Assembly (NCBI GenBank): GCA_036630325.1
Contig: CP142726.1
Span: 992,001-1,056,000 of the forward strand
DNA length: 64,000 nucleotides
Reading direction: 5' to 3'
Origin: Vairimorpha necatrix
Lineage: Eukaryota
The notes beneath the pieces were generated by a model. The model saw only the letters and a program-made list of their open reading frames with translations. It did no database searches and was not told where the DNA came from. Position numbers and translations under genes: made by a program. Shown here one piece after another: positions 34,327 to 46,003 of this stretch. Numbering within the stretch: the first letter of the stretch is position 1; every line of letters starts with the position of its first letter.

Positions 34327-35021
34327 CAGACGGTAAAAATACTTATTAGTTTTTTTTCACGACTATTAAAACCGTTTTTATTATTATTATTACAATATTA
34401 AAAAAACCATTATTGCTCTTACAAAATCATATTTCCTTTTTTTGCCAACTTTTTCTAAAAATAATAAATTAAAAAAGATTAGAAAACAAAACTGAAAATA
34501 AACTGCATTATCACGGTTTGCAAAACGAAAAGCATAAGCTACAAAGCTACAGTATTATAAAGAAAGTATTCAGTTCTTAAACTCTTTTATTTAGTTAAAT
34601 ATTCTTTAAACAAATTATTTTGTATTTTTTGTTTATGATAAGTTATTTGTAAATTAAATGTTTTCTTTGTTAATGATAATGGCATATACTATATGTCAAT
34701 GCATTTTTATTTATTACTCTGTTCAAAAAAATCGTCAGGATAGTTTTTTATATTTACCTGTTCCGGAAAGTCGTAAAAACGTTATAGCACTGCAAAAATT
34801 TTTATAAAATTAATAATTTGATTCAAATGGCTTAATAGTACAAATTGATATTTTTCTCCGTTTAAATCATTTTTATTTGATTTGACATCTGTAAAAGCGA
34901 TGTTATACGATTAATTATGATTTCTTTTACTTAACTCTCTACTTTCATAAATAAAAAATGAGAAAAATAAAAGAAGTGTTATTAAAATTTTAGTAAAAAT
35001 AAAATTTTTTTTACCCCTATT

Positions 35022-37202
35022 ATGAAAATCTTAAATGTAATTTTTTTGTTTGTGTTGGTCAAAACTAGGCATATGTTATACGAAAAGGTAAATAACAATG
35101 CTATGGAAAAGCTAAAAACAGGTGATTATATGTCTATTGATGTTTTAAGCCCAGAAAAATATCTCGCTATATCTGCATTGTTTTATGAAGATGCAGTAAG
35201 AATTGGAATGTTTGATGGTAAATTTAAAAACTATAATGACGATAATTTGGGAAATTTTACAATTATTACCAAAAACCAATCTGCAGTTGACATTATAAAT
35301 GAAATGGAGGCGAAGATAGAAAATCTTTTGGATGTCTCATGTTATTATTCAATTGTGCTTGTATATGATACATATCATCGAAAAGGATATCATATAATGA
35401 AAGAGTTTGTGTTTGAACTAAAAAAAATGAATAATGAAAGAAAAAAAAAGAGTAGTTTGTTAAAAATTAACTATGAAAAAATCTGTGAAGCAAGTAATGA
35501 ATTACAAAAATACATAAGTGAAATCTTTAATTCAACTGCTGAAACTAGTAAAAATACATCTCGATTTATGACTTGTTCGTACTTAGATTGGCAAAATAAT
35601 AGACATAATGTTGTAGTGAGTATTTACAATGATAATATTTGTCATATTATGGAATTTTGTGTCAATGAATATTATCATATTGCTTTGGCAGAAATTGACG
35701 TAAAAATAAACAACAAACAAATTTTTGAGAAACTTCATCAAATCTATAATTTATGCTATAATAGTATTAATTTTTATGAGATAAAATATTGTAGCCAAAA
35801 CTATAATCGGTCCACAAAAAAAATTGAAATGAACAAAAACAACCAATGTTTTAAAATACAGATAGAAACAGAACATATACTAATTCAAATTGACGATATG
35901 AATTTTTTTTACAATATACAAAACGACATAGATGCCGATGAAAGCAAATTTTACATAAGCAAGAACTGTTATAAAGAATTTGAAGCTTTTTTAAATATAC
36001 TGAGTGACCATGGGATTGATGACGCCTTATATTTCTTTTATAAATTAGTAGTTAATTATGATGAAATATATTTTATAATTCAAAACATTTTAAACAGATC
36101 AAGATCAGCAACAAATATAATATTTTGTCATTTATTGTTACATAAGAAAGCAATAGAAATAGATACATTTAATACTATAATTAACAACACAGAATATAGT
36201 GAAATCAAAGCCCCCGAGCTTATAAAAAATATAATATCAAATATAAGAATGTCCCATTTCGACGATTGTCTATATTTAATTACCTTATGCTTACTCTTAG
36301 AAACAGAAACCTATATCAACGAAAATGAATTTGAAGGAAATACATTATTTAGTTTATTAAAAGAAACTGGGAGCATCATAATTGAAAAAGAATATAATAA
36401 TGAGGCTGAAAGTCCTCTAATAATCCCGTATATAAATGTAGTACAGATTTTTATGAAAATTGCGAACGTACATAATTATATCTATGAATATAATAAAAAT
36501 GCAGTTCTTGAATATATTTGCAATATAGGTGCATTATTTACAGGCTTGAGCTCTATAAATATACATTATGATATAATATATAAAAACATTAATGTAAAAC
36601 GAGATCAAATCAGCACTAAAAACAATATTGATGAAAAAGACATAATAAAAAACAATGAAATAATAACTAAAAGATTAATCGAAAATACAATAGCAAAGAC
36701 AAAGGAAAATATTTTGAAAGGTGTCTTCTCAATAACATTAATTAAAGAAAAGTTAAATCACATTTTTAAGGAAATTATGAATAAATATTTAGAAAATAAT
36801 TATGACGAAAAAGAAAAAAAGATAATTGAAAACAAAGTCAAATTTGAAATTGAAAAATATGTTAATGAAATTGAACCAGAATTACTCAACATGAATATAA
36901 ATAAAGACGTAATAAACGAATATAGAAATATATTAATAGATAAATTTATGCTGAATTTAGACCAATATGCTCAGGAATATCTAAAAAATACTAGTAAAGA
37001 AATGTTTTACTCCACTATAATAAAATTATTTAAAAGTGAATTTAGTGATGATGAAAAAGAAAAAATTAAATGTCAAATAATTTTTGAAAAATTAAAAGAA
37101 ATATTGAATGAAAAAGAAAGGTTTGATATCGTAAATAATAACGAGGAATTATTTTATGCTGTAACGGACGAACTAAAAAAAACATTAAAAGGTTTTATTT
37201 AA
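35022..37202 (+). CDS. Lineage-specific secreted protein (726 aa), multigene family
   Basis: Intact long ORF after TACCCCTATT. Short hydrophobic N-terminus (ILNVIFLFVLV) consistent with a signal peptide. Paralogues in the window; no recognised domain. Confidence 0.88.
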   Translation: MKILNVIFLFVLVKTRHMLYEKVNNNAMEKLKTGDYMSIDVLSPEKYLAISALFYEDAVRIGMFDGKFKNYNDDNLGNFTIITKNQSAVDIINEMEAKIENLLDVSCYYSIVLVYDTYHRKGYHIMKEFVFELKKMNNERKKKSSLLKINYEKICEASNELQKYISEIFNSTAETSKNTSRFMTCSYLDWQNNRHNVVVSIYNDNICHIMEFCVNEYYHIALAEIDVKINNKQIFEKLHQIYNLCYNSINFYEIKYCSQNYNRSTKKIEMNKNNQCFKIQIETEHILIQIDDMNFFYNIQNDIDADESKFYISKNCYKEFEAFLNILSDHGIDDALYFFYKLVVNYDEIYFIIQNILNRSRSATNIIFCHLLLHKKAIEIDTFNTIINNTEYSEIKAPELIKNIISNIRMSHFDDCLYLITLCLLLETETYINENEFEGNTLFSLLKETGSIIIEKEYNNEAESPLIIPYINVVQIFMKIANVHNYIYEYNKNAVLEYICNIGALFTGLSSINIHYDIIYKNINVKRDQISTKNNIDEKDIIKNNEIITKRLIENTIAKTKENILKGVFSITLIKEKLNHIFKEIMNKYLENNYDEKEKKIIENKVKFEIEKYVNEIEPELLNMNINKDVINEYRNILIDKFMLNLDQYAQEYLKNTSKEMFYSTIIKLFKSEFSDDEKEKIKCQIIFEKLKEILNEKERFDIVNNNEELFYAVTDELKKTLKGFI

Positions 37203-38642
37203 AAAATTTATTATTAAGCTAAATTATTAAAATATGTATAATCCAAACCCCCTACGAAACATTTTGAATGGACTATAAGTAAAACGGACAATGTGTTTAG
37301 TTGACGAATTATGAGTTATCATCAGCAATGACCCCTTTAATGTTTTTGTTTAAATCTAAAAATTAGGATTTTTTTAAGAACTAAATAAAAAATTCTTTTT
37401 TTTGTATTTAGTAGTGCCTCTTTACTATAAATGAAGCGTGATATTAAATTTTATAACGACAACATTTTTATTTCATTAAAAAATACCTAAAAATTCATGT
37501 TTTCGGATTTTTTATTGAATTTTATACAAAATTAAACGTCACATAATATTTAAAACGCAATGTTGCATCACAATAAATTGGGAATGCAAAGAAATGAGGT
37601 GGATCTTCAATTTTGTAAGTACCTTTTCTTAACAGAAGTAAAAATGCAAAGAAGAAGGTGGGAATTGGTACAAAAAACAGTAGTGCATAATTTTGTCTAT
37701 CCCGTACAACGAGGGCTGATGTGTAAATTTGGAATAAAATTCCTTCTGGTACAAAAAATATTACCTAAAAACGGCATTATTAAAAAAATGACAAGAGTCA
37801 AAATTTTTAAAATATGTCTGTTTAAAAAATGAAAGTGAGAGGAAACTTACGAAAAAACCTAAAACATACTATTGATTTATAAATGTTATTGAATTTAGTG
37901 CAAAAAAAGTATAACGGCGCGACGTTCTTTGCCCGGACTTTTCTATTTTTTACGTACTGAATCCGAGCACAGACCGTAAAAAGGAAAAATGTATGATACG
38001 AACTTTATCCCCAAGAGTCGAAATTTTACAGATTTGTTTAAATTTCACTCGGATCAACATTTCCTGAGATATAGACTTTTTTGTTTTGTCAAAAATATTT
38101 TACTCTTATGGTATGTCAATAGCTTCTTGACAGTAGGTCAAAAATCTTCCAGGATCCACATGGGGCAATATGTTGGCTAGTGGATGAAAATCTGCTAAAA
38201 ACGGCCATATAATGTACGAATTGTCCTGAAATAATGGGAAAACTCCTGAAGATTGTACATAAACTGCCACCGGTTTAAGTGTAGGGGAAAGGGGGAAGTG
38301 AATCATAAATAGTAGTTTTTGATAAAACTTAATTTTCTAGTCCCCAAATACCTATACATAATTATTTGTATATTCTGTATTCATTCACTAAACAGCAGTC
38401 CACACTAAACTTAAACAAAAATTCCCGTGTGTCAGCTTCCAGTGTCTTCAGGGCTAAAAAAAAATATACGAAGCACTGAAAAAAAAAAAACGTTTGACAC
38501 AGAAAAAAATGGGAGGGGTGTAAGAATGACTCAGACCTTTGAAAAGGTTATTGTAAAGGGGGAATTTGTCAAATAACCATCAAAAAGATATGAAACAGTC
38601 AAAAACTGTACATGGTTGGTACAGAAGATGAGCGAACATTTG

Positions 38643-39963
38643 GGCTAAAGTGAGCTTTAGATAACAAAAATCGATATAGGGGGTTTTTTTTTGCCCTTTT
38701 TTCAAAAATCATGGAAAGAAAATTTGAAGAAAGTAACTGTGGTATTATAAATACCACAAATTATTAATTTTTATTTTATCAATTTTCCCTTTTTGGAAAA
38801 TAGACCATTCGACCGGTCTATTCCAAAAATCGAATATTTATTTCTTTTTTGCCCTGACCCCCACACCAGATTATGAAATTAACAAGCGATCAGTACCCTT
38901 GGAAAAATAGACCAAGGAAGGGCTACCAAGCCAGGGATCAGTATCCCATTACAGATGCCCAACGAGGGTTATCTAATATTAATAAAATCATTAACTATAT
39001 TGAATTATACTTATCCAGAGGTAGCTCCTCTGGGCCACGTCAGTAACAAAAATAAAAATTAGAACAATAAATTTAATAATGCATCAAAAACAGAATTAGT
39101 GGAATTTCTTTGAAGCATGTACCTAAATAAATAAAGTTTAGCACTATTTGCCGACCTATTTCTATTAGGTATAGAATTTTTGAGGGAACGCCAATTACCT
39201 TCTATGGTATTGGTATGAACCCCAGTACTAGGATCTCGAAAGTGTAATGAGTGGTTAATTATGCGGTGTTCATTGAATATTGTATTCAAAGAATGGTAAG
39301 CCCTCCACATATCACTATATATAGTACTTTTCGTACTTACAAATTTCCATAAAAGAGCTGTTAACGTTTCTTTATCTCTTTTTTTAATATATATATATAA
39401 GTATAATTTTGCGTTCGGGAGAACGTTCTATCATACCAAAACACCAAAATCCATTTACTAATTTACCTCTATGATATTTGTTTTTTCCAATTTTAGTTTC
39501 ATCTATTTCTACTATAACTTCTTCTCCGCCTATCTTGTTCAAAGATGATAAATATTTATCATAAATGTTTATTTCTTTTAATTTTTTTAAAATGAAGGAT
39601 ATAGAACGTATAGAACAACCTAAAATTTGACAAATATTCTTACGAGGATAGCTAAGAATCCACAAATTAAGTACCTGTAAAATTTTGATATGATCGAGTC
39701 TACTGTTTTCAAAGAAAGTGTCTTTCCATATAGATACTGTCTTCTTACAGTCCTTCAAAGTACATTTAATGAGGTAATCCCGTTTATTAACCAACCTCAT
39801 CCTACCATAACACACAGTACATATTTGGTTCTTTTTTTATTAAACAAATTATTATATATAGTTTCGATTTCTTCTCTTGTCAGAATTCTTTCCTCCATTT
39901 TTGAAAAAAGGGGCAAAAAAACCACCCTATATCGATTTTTGTTACCTAAAGCTCACTTTAGAC
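38643..39963 (-). mobile_element. Merlin DNA transposon, frameshifted, with nested solo LTR
   Basis: TIRs GGCTAAAGTGAGCTTTAG... / ...CTAAAGCTCACTTTAGAC. 8-bp TSD AACATTTG at 38635-38642 and 39964-39971. VEIDETKIG, DMWRAY, HTNTIEGNW. Confidence 0.95.
38738..39042. mobile_element. Solo LTR (305 bp) inserted in the Merlin element
   Basis: TG...CA ends; 5-bp TSD GTAAC at 38733-38737 and 39043-39047; absent from the equivalent position of sister element 26171-27188. Confidence 0.8.
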
Positions 39964-42298
39964 AACATTTGAATTAAAAATGGAAATTATCCCTAATCTG
40001 ACTATATAAACGATGATTTTCATAGAAATTCATAAAAAACGAAACATTTTTATAACTTATGGGCATGAATCCCATTACAAACCAGTCTAATTAATATACG
40101 GTGAACGCCGCGTTGTAATTCGTGCTGAAATTTTATAACAAAGCAGGAGATACCCAAATTTAAGAGTAGATTCTAGTCAGATCGTATATGTGATATAATA
40201 ATTAGAAAAGTAAACAAAAAAATTGAGATCCCGTATTTTTGATATAATTTTATGTCATAGAAGGTTGCCAATATAAAAAAAAATCAAGAGTTGTAGCAAG
40301 TTTTTTTGAACAAAGTATTTGTTTTATTTTTTTTCGTTTCTTTGTAAGGGTCATCTTTATTGAGAAAATTAAAGTCCGAGCACAGACCGATCCGCGAGTA
40401 TAACATTCCAAAATTTAATTTTTTAAATGCTCTTTGATATGAATACCCCCATTCCGATAAACATATAGAGAATAAAAATACATCCCTGCAATGGGTGCAA
40501 CGGCCCGAGCCAGGACTTTTTTCTCTACAAAGGTAACTTAAGAGAAAACAAAAAAATAATATGAGTTTGATTGAAATACCTTGAAAATTTCTGTCGTAAT
40601 CTAACATAACTAGCCAATCATCTTTCGACAAATGGACGTATTTCAATGGTTACTAAAAATATTTAAAATCATTCCAAAATTTGTATATGTAAATTTTTAT
40701 TATAGTGTTTATATATTTTAATAAAAAACTTATTGCAAGTTTTAATTTTTTTAATTTGCGGACCTTCTTCGACATTGTATATTTCTAAAAATTCTGGGTT
40801 AGTCCCTTATTTAATTCCTTTCTAGATATTAATCACATTACAGATGTGACCAGACCCCTTATATTAAATTGCAAGTCTCTCCTATTTCTCTTATATAGAT
40901 TTTATACTGAATTACAATGCAATGTTCGCCGTTGATAGATTCGACTGCTTGAAGATAGAAGTTATGTCCACCAGTTATACAAATCGTTGCGTTTTTTGAA
41001 TTTCTAAATAAAGTCATTCTAGGCTTATTCCAGTAAGTTAATATTTTGGGCAACAATTCTAATGTTCACTCGTCTATTGTACTTGGCACCCACGTTAAAT
41101 CTTGACTGTGTCATATCTTTACGATGGTAATTTAAAAAATTTCACCTTTACTATAACCGTTTCGTTGTTATGTGTCACTTATTCAACCCTTATTTTTTTA
41201 GATGATTCAAAATTTTTTTGCCCCGTTGACACCTGAATCTGAGACACGAGAATTTTTTTTAGTTTAGTATAGAATGTTTTCAAAAAATAAATACAGAATA
41301 TACAAACGATTATGTATATGTTTTTGGAGAGTATGAAGAAAAAGTTTTATCAAAAACTCCGATTGATGCCCCACACTTAAACATGTCAGTCAATGTATGA
41401 TTGGTCCGTTTTAATTTCATTATCCAGGAAAGTTCGTACATTCTATTGTTTTTTCGGTAGATTTTTTTTCCTACTAGCCAACACGTTGCCGCATGTGAAT
41501 CTTGGAATATTTTACCCTTACTTTCGTGCCCCAGACATTCCATAAGGGTAAAATGTTTTGTGAAAAATCATCTAAAAAACAAAAAGCTTATAGTTCAACA
41601 CACAGTGTTCAAATTTAATCAAACAAATCTACGAATTTCGAGTATTGGGTATATTATTCGTAAAAACAATTCTCACATACAGTCTTGGCCGGATTCAGCA
41701 CGTAAAAAAAATTTATGAAAAGCCTGGGTTCTGACTTTTACGCCATCTTTAAATTATATTTTTTTAATAATAGTGTATTTTTTAACTTATTTTTATCTTT
41801 CCTAGGCTTCGCCTACTTTTAACTTGGTACATAACATGGTTCTCTGTCCAATTTTTTTCCTTACCTTTCATTTTACATCTTTTACGAGAGCATTTAGCGA
41901 AATGCGACTATTTAATTCTTGCAAATTCAGACATCGATGTCATAGTAGAGGCCATGTATCATAAAGGCGTATTAATTAGCAAAAAAACTTGTTTTTAATT
42001 CCCTCCAATTTAAAATGCAAAAAAATATCTACAATAATATTTTCTTTGTATTTAGCTTGGATTTATTACAAGCAAATATACAAACAAGAAAGTCCTTAAA
42101 AACAAAGAGAGTGCTCATTATTAAAGGACATTGGTGTTGCCATGAGCACTAATATGAAAAATTAGTTGAATTACATCATTTAAACTGCAGTGAAAGTATT
42201 TAAAAATGCTTTCTATGGCATAGACGTCTTCCCATAGTTTTAAAATAAATTTAAATCAATAGTATAACATATAGAAGAAAACAACGCAAATAATTCAT

Positions 42299-45200
42299 TT
42301 ATTCAATATTTTCATATATTTTACTTTCATCTTTGTGTAAATTATTTTTTTTATCAACTGGTAAGTGTAAAAATCTCATGATCGCCTCTTTTAAAATTGG
42401 CCTCTTCAAAGAAGGCGGCTTTAAATGAAAATCAAAACCATTAAAATTTTCCTCATTCAGCCCGTACGTGTCTTCAAGTGTCGTCAAATAATAATTTTGG
42501 CACTTTAAGAAACATTGATAATTTTCTTCTGAGAACGAATCAAGTTCAATTATATAATTACTATCGGAAATAAATATCGGATTAGTAAGTTTAGAATGTG
42601 ATCTCTTCATAATTAATCTTCCCAGGTTAAATTTCGTCTCGCATCTTTTTACGAATTTGGTACCGTCACAACTTAGAATATTTAAAGGAGAATATGTGAA
42701 AACATGCATATTCCCATAGATGTCCATACATACAATTCCCAAAGAAGAACCTTTAACGATAAAATCGACGTGTGTCGCGTAATTTATTGGATCGCTATTA
42801 CAAAGAAGATTCAGGCGTACGGGCCTCTTTTGAAAATAAAAGAACGAAAGTCCTCTGTAAATGTCTGAAAAGACCACGAAGTTCTTTATTGTTATCATTG
42901 AAGTTGTCAAGGTGTTTAAATCATGAATTCCTATCGGTATAAGACCCTCACTTCTATCTATTTTATAAACCATACTTTTTATGCCTAAAGCCACAATTAC
43001 ATTTCCTTTAACAACATCACATTTCGTAATACATCCTTTTATGTTCTCAGAAGCAATCAATTTTAATTTTTTATCTTTATATTTATTAGTTTCGTCAACT
43101 ACAATGTCTATCAATTCCAAAACTATTAATCGACCTCGTGAATGTTTATCTTCGCCTTCAATTTTTGTAACACAAACAACAATAAAGTTACTTTTGCCAT
43201 TGACGCCAATTACGTCATTAAGAGATAATTCTATAATATCAAACACATACTCATCATTTTCTAATTCAAAAGTTGAAATTAATTTGTAATAATTAGTATA
43301 CAGCGAAATTGAATATTTTTGCGTGAAAACATCTAAAGAAGAATCGTCTTCTTGGTATTTTACTTTTGTCGACGACACTATTAAAATATAATTGCCCGAA
43401 ATTTCGATATTTTTTGGCGTCATTTCTACTGATATTTTCTTGAAAACAAATCTATCATAAATTTCTTCATCTTGAACACAGAGATTTCTGAGTAGATTAG
43501 ATTTAACAGACAATTTTGATTTCTTTATTTTTGGAAGATTCGCTTTTACAAACTTATCGTGAATTAAAAAGTAACAATTTTCTCCATCTAAAAGAACATC
43601 GCGAATGTTATATTTTGACCGATAGAAAAAAAATTCCAGTCGATCATTGACGTATAAAAAATACGGAAATTTAGAATTTATATAAATAAAATCACCAATC
43701 TTAGTAAAATATTGATCGCTTTTCTGTTTTCTAAATGTTATGGGCTCTTCTACCAAAATTTTTATAAATTGGGTTTCTACTATCTTAAAGATCGCGAAAT
43801 GCCCTCTGTCATTAATTAATAGCAATACAGGCATTTCTTGGATTTTTATTATTTTCATTTCGACAATTTTATAATAAAAATCACGTTCAACATTATCGTC
43901 GACATTGTCAATTTTATAAGTATAGTCTAAATTTGTAATATCGGGGATGAACCATTTATTTTGAGATGTTTTCAGATCATAAAAAATTATATTATTATTA
44001 ATATTTATAATACAAAACTCTTCATAGAAACAAAACGAGTTGACTTTTTCAAAATTCACCTTTGTTTGATTATTTAAATTTCTGAGCTCAAAATTATTTT
44101 TCTTATTTAATAATCCTAAAAATAAAAATGAGTCAAGTTCAATAAATGAGCATGAATTTAAATCGAATTCTAATTCTTCCTGGTTTATTTTATTATTGCC
44201 TTCATACGTAACAATCTTATTATGTGTTATAATATAATTTAATTGATTATATTGGAAACTAACCAGAGCTGATTTTAGTTCTTCGGGGAAATAAATATTT
44301 TCTTCTTCATATATTGATTGTATCAAATTTTCTTTTTTTATAAAAATTTTTTTATCGTATAAAAAGATTTTCTCAAAATTTATACATTCACAAATTTTTT
44401 TGACATCAACCTTTAAAAAGTTTGATACTTCGATAATGTGGTTTTTAGAACCTTCAGAACAACATATAAATTCTTTGTCATTTTTTATACATAAGTCATT
44501 TATATATCCTATGCCAGGAAATCTGTATATTTTTTCTAATTGTATAATTTTCTTCTCTAAAGAATCCATAGTAGTCCCATATAATCTTTCATATTCTTCG
44601 TTAATAGTTGTTTCTAGCTCCGTAATATTTTGCTTTACTTTTTTTATGTCATCTACTTGCTTATTAAGTAAAGAATTAGACGAATAAAAAATTTTAAATA
44701 AATAAGAATCTTCATTAGATCCTACAAAAAAATAATCTTTATTTCTATAAATGTATTTAGGAATTACAAAGTGTTCTGTTTCTCTGATTACTAAATCTAT
44801 GATTCTTCCGCTATCAATTTCTATAAAAAAAGAGTAAATTTTTCCATCTCCATTAAAAATTAGAAGATATTCGTTTTCTAAATAAATCTGCGAGTCTTTA
44901 ATTACGACATCTCTTTCTAAATTATTTTTACAATATAAAGACATTTTATTTAATGGATAATACAGACAACTACCAGTGGTCTTAAGAAATATTTCATTTT
45001 CAGATATAAACAATAGCAAATTGTTACTATAAATCACTCTGTTTGTATAAGTTGGTACAGTAAATTCATCAATGACGTAAAAAGTGTTTAATTTACTATC
45101 AAATGAACAAATAATTGCTTGTTTTTCGCTTGATTTGATGTAACTAACGGGAGTTGGATCATAGACAATACAGAATGTTGGAACAATATAATTCGATAAA

Positions 45201-45694
45201 AACACTAGATCTATAACATTTTTAATCTTTTCGTTTACATCCATGAATGAAAAAACTTGAGCAGGGAAATGTTCTTTGTTTAAAGAAAATATGCTGAAAA
45301 ATCTTCTACTAAGTTTTAAAATTGCGATATCTTTTCCCATTCTCAAAAATTTATGATCTTCAAGTCTAATATCGTATTGGTCTCTTTCGAAACATTTAAG
45401 ACTGTTTATTACAGGAAAATCGTCAACAAAATGAAGAGTTGAAATTTTTGTTGATTCGTAACAAATAAGCAACCCGTCAAGTTCAGAATTTATTTTATAA
45501 GTTTCTATTTGTAATACATTTTCAAAAAGAAGTTTGTCATGTAAAAAAGTCATTTTGCCTTCTTCATCAAATTTGTAAAATTTTAAAATATTTTTATTAA
45601 AAAACACAAGTCCTTTTTTATTATTGTAAAAGTTTCCAACAGCACAGCCTTCAAAACAATTGATCATATTTTTCTTAGAATATTGAATATTCAT
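42299..45694 (-). CDS. CFT1: Cleavage and polyadenylation specificity factor 160-kDa subunit (CPSF1/Cft1)
   Basis: 1131-aa protein. IKNVIDLVFLSNYIVPTFCIVY, GEDKHSRGRL and FVVFSDIYRGL match CPSF160. Confidence 0.88.
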   Translation of the reverse strand: MNIQYSKKNMINCFEGCAVGNFYNNKKGLVFFNKNILKFYKFDEEGKMTFLHDKLLFENVLQIETYKINSELDGLLICYESTKISTLHFVDDFPVINSLKCFERDQYDIRLEDHKFLRMGKDIAILKLSRRFFSIFSLNKEHFPAQVFSFMDVNEKIKNVIDLVFLSNYIVPTFCIVYDPTPVSYIKSSEKQAIICSFDSKLNTFYVIDEFTVPTYTNRVIYSNNLLLFISENEIFLKTTGSCLYYPLNKMSLYCKNNLERDVVIKDSQIYLENEYLLIFNGDGKIYSFFIEIDSGRIIDLVIRETEHFVIPKYIYRNKDYFFVGSNEDSYLFKIFYSSNSLLNKQVDDIKKVKQNITELETTINEEYERLYGTTMDSLEKKIIQLEKIYRFPGIGYINDLCIKNDKEFICCSEGSKNHIIEVSNFLKVDVKKICECINFEKIFLYDKKIFIKKENLIQSIYEEENIYFPEELKSALVSFQYNQLNYIITHNKIVTYEGNNKINQEELEFDLNSCSFIELDSFLFLGLLNKKNNFELRNLNNQTKVNFEKVNSFCFYEEFCIININNNIIFYDLKTSQNKWFIPDITNLDYTYKIDNVDDNVERDFYYKIVEMKIIKIQEMPVLLLINDRGHFAIFKIVETQFIKILVEEPITFRKQKSDQYFTKIGDFIYINSKFPYFLYVNDRLEFFFYRSKYNIRDVLLDGENCYFLIHDKFVKANLPKIKKSKLSVKSNLLRNLCVQDEEIYDRFVFKKISVEMTPKNIEISGNYILIVSSTKVKYQEDDSSLDVFTQKYSISLYTNYYKLISTFELENDEYVFDIIELSLNDVIGVNGKSNFIVVCVTKIEGEDKHSRGRLIVLELIDIVVDETNKYKDKKLKLIASENIKGCITKCDVVKGNVIVALGIKSMVYKIDRSEGLIPIGIHDLNTLTTSMITIKNFVVFSDIYRGLSFFYFQKRPVRLNLLCNSDPINYATHVDFIVKGSSLGIVCMDIYGNMHVFTYSPLNILSCDGTKFVKRCETKFNLGRLIMKRSHSKLTNPIFISDSNYIIELDSFSEENYQCFLKCQNYYLTTLEDTYGLNEENFNGFDFHLKPPSLKRPILKEAIMRFLHLPVDKKNNLHKDESKIYENIE

Positions 45695-46003
45695 TTAAGG
45701 GCAAAAATAAAGAATTTTATTGAACCACAAAATTTAAAAATGATAAAAATATTTTGTCTCAAAAAAATTTAATTGGTTATTTCATTATGTTTTAGTCTAA
45801 AATAAGAATTTTCATAATTTTAATTTGTCGTTATTTTTTTCATTTATAGTTCAACGGATTGGTTTTTTTTAATTTATCATTAATTTTAATATTGATGATG
45901 TTTTAGCTCGCAAATACTAAACAATAATTATTTATTAATTTTTAATAAAAATCTCAACTTTGAAACACTCAATTATATTTTCAAACAAACAGCCCCTCTT
46001 AAA

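Noticed and set aside
40830..41560. ORFs 40859..41056 and 41310..41543
   Set aside because: Short with no motifs; cannot be supported as genes.
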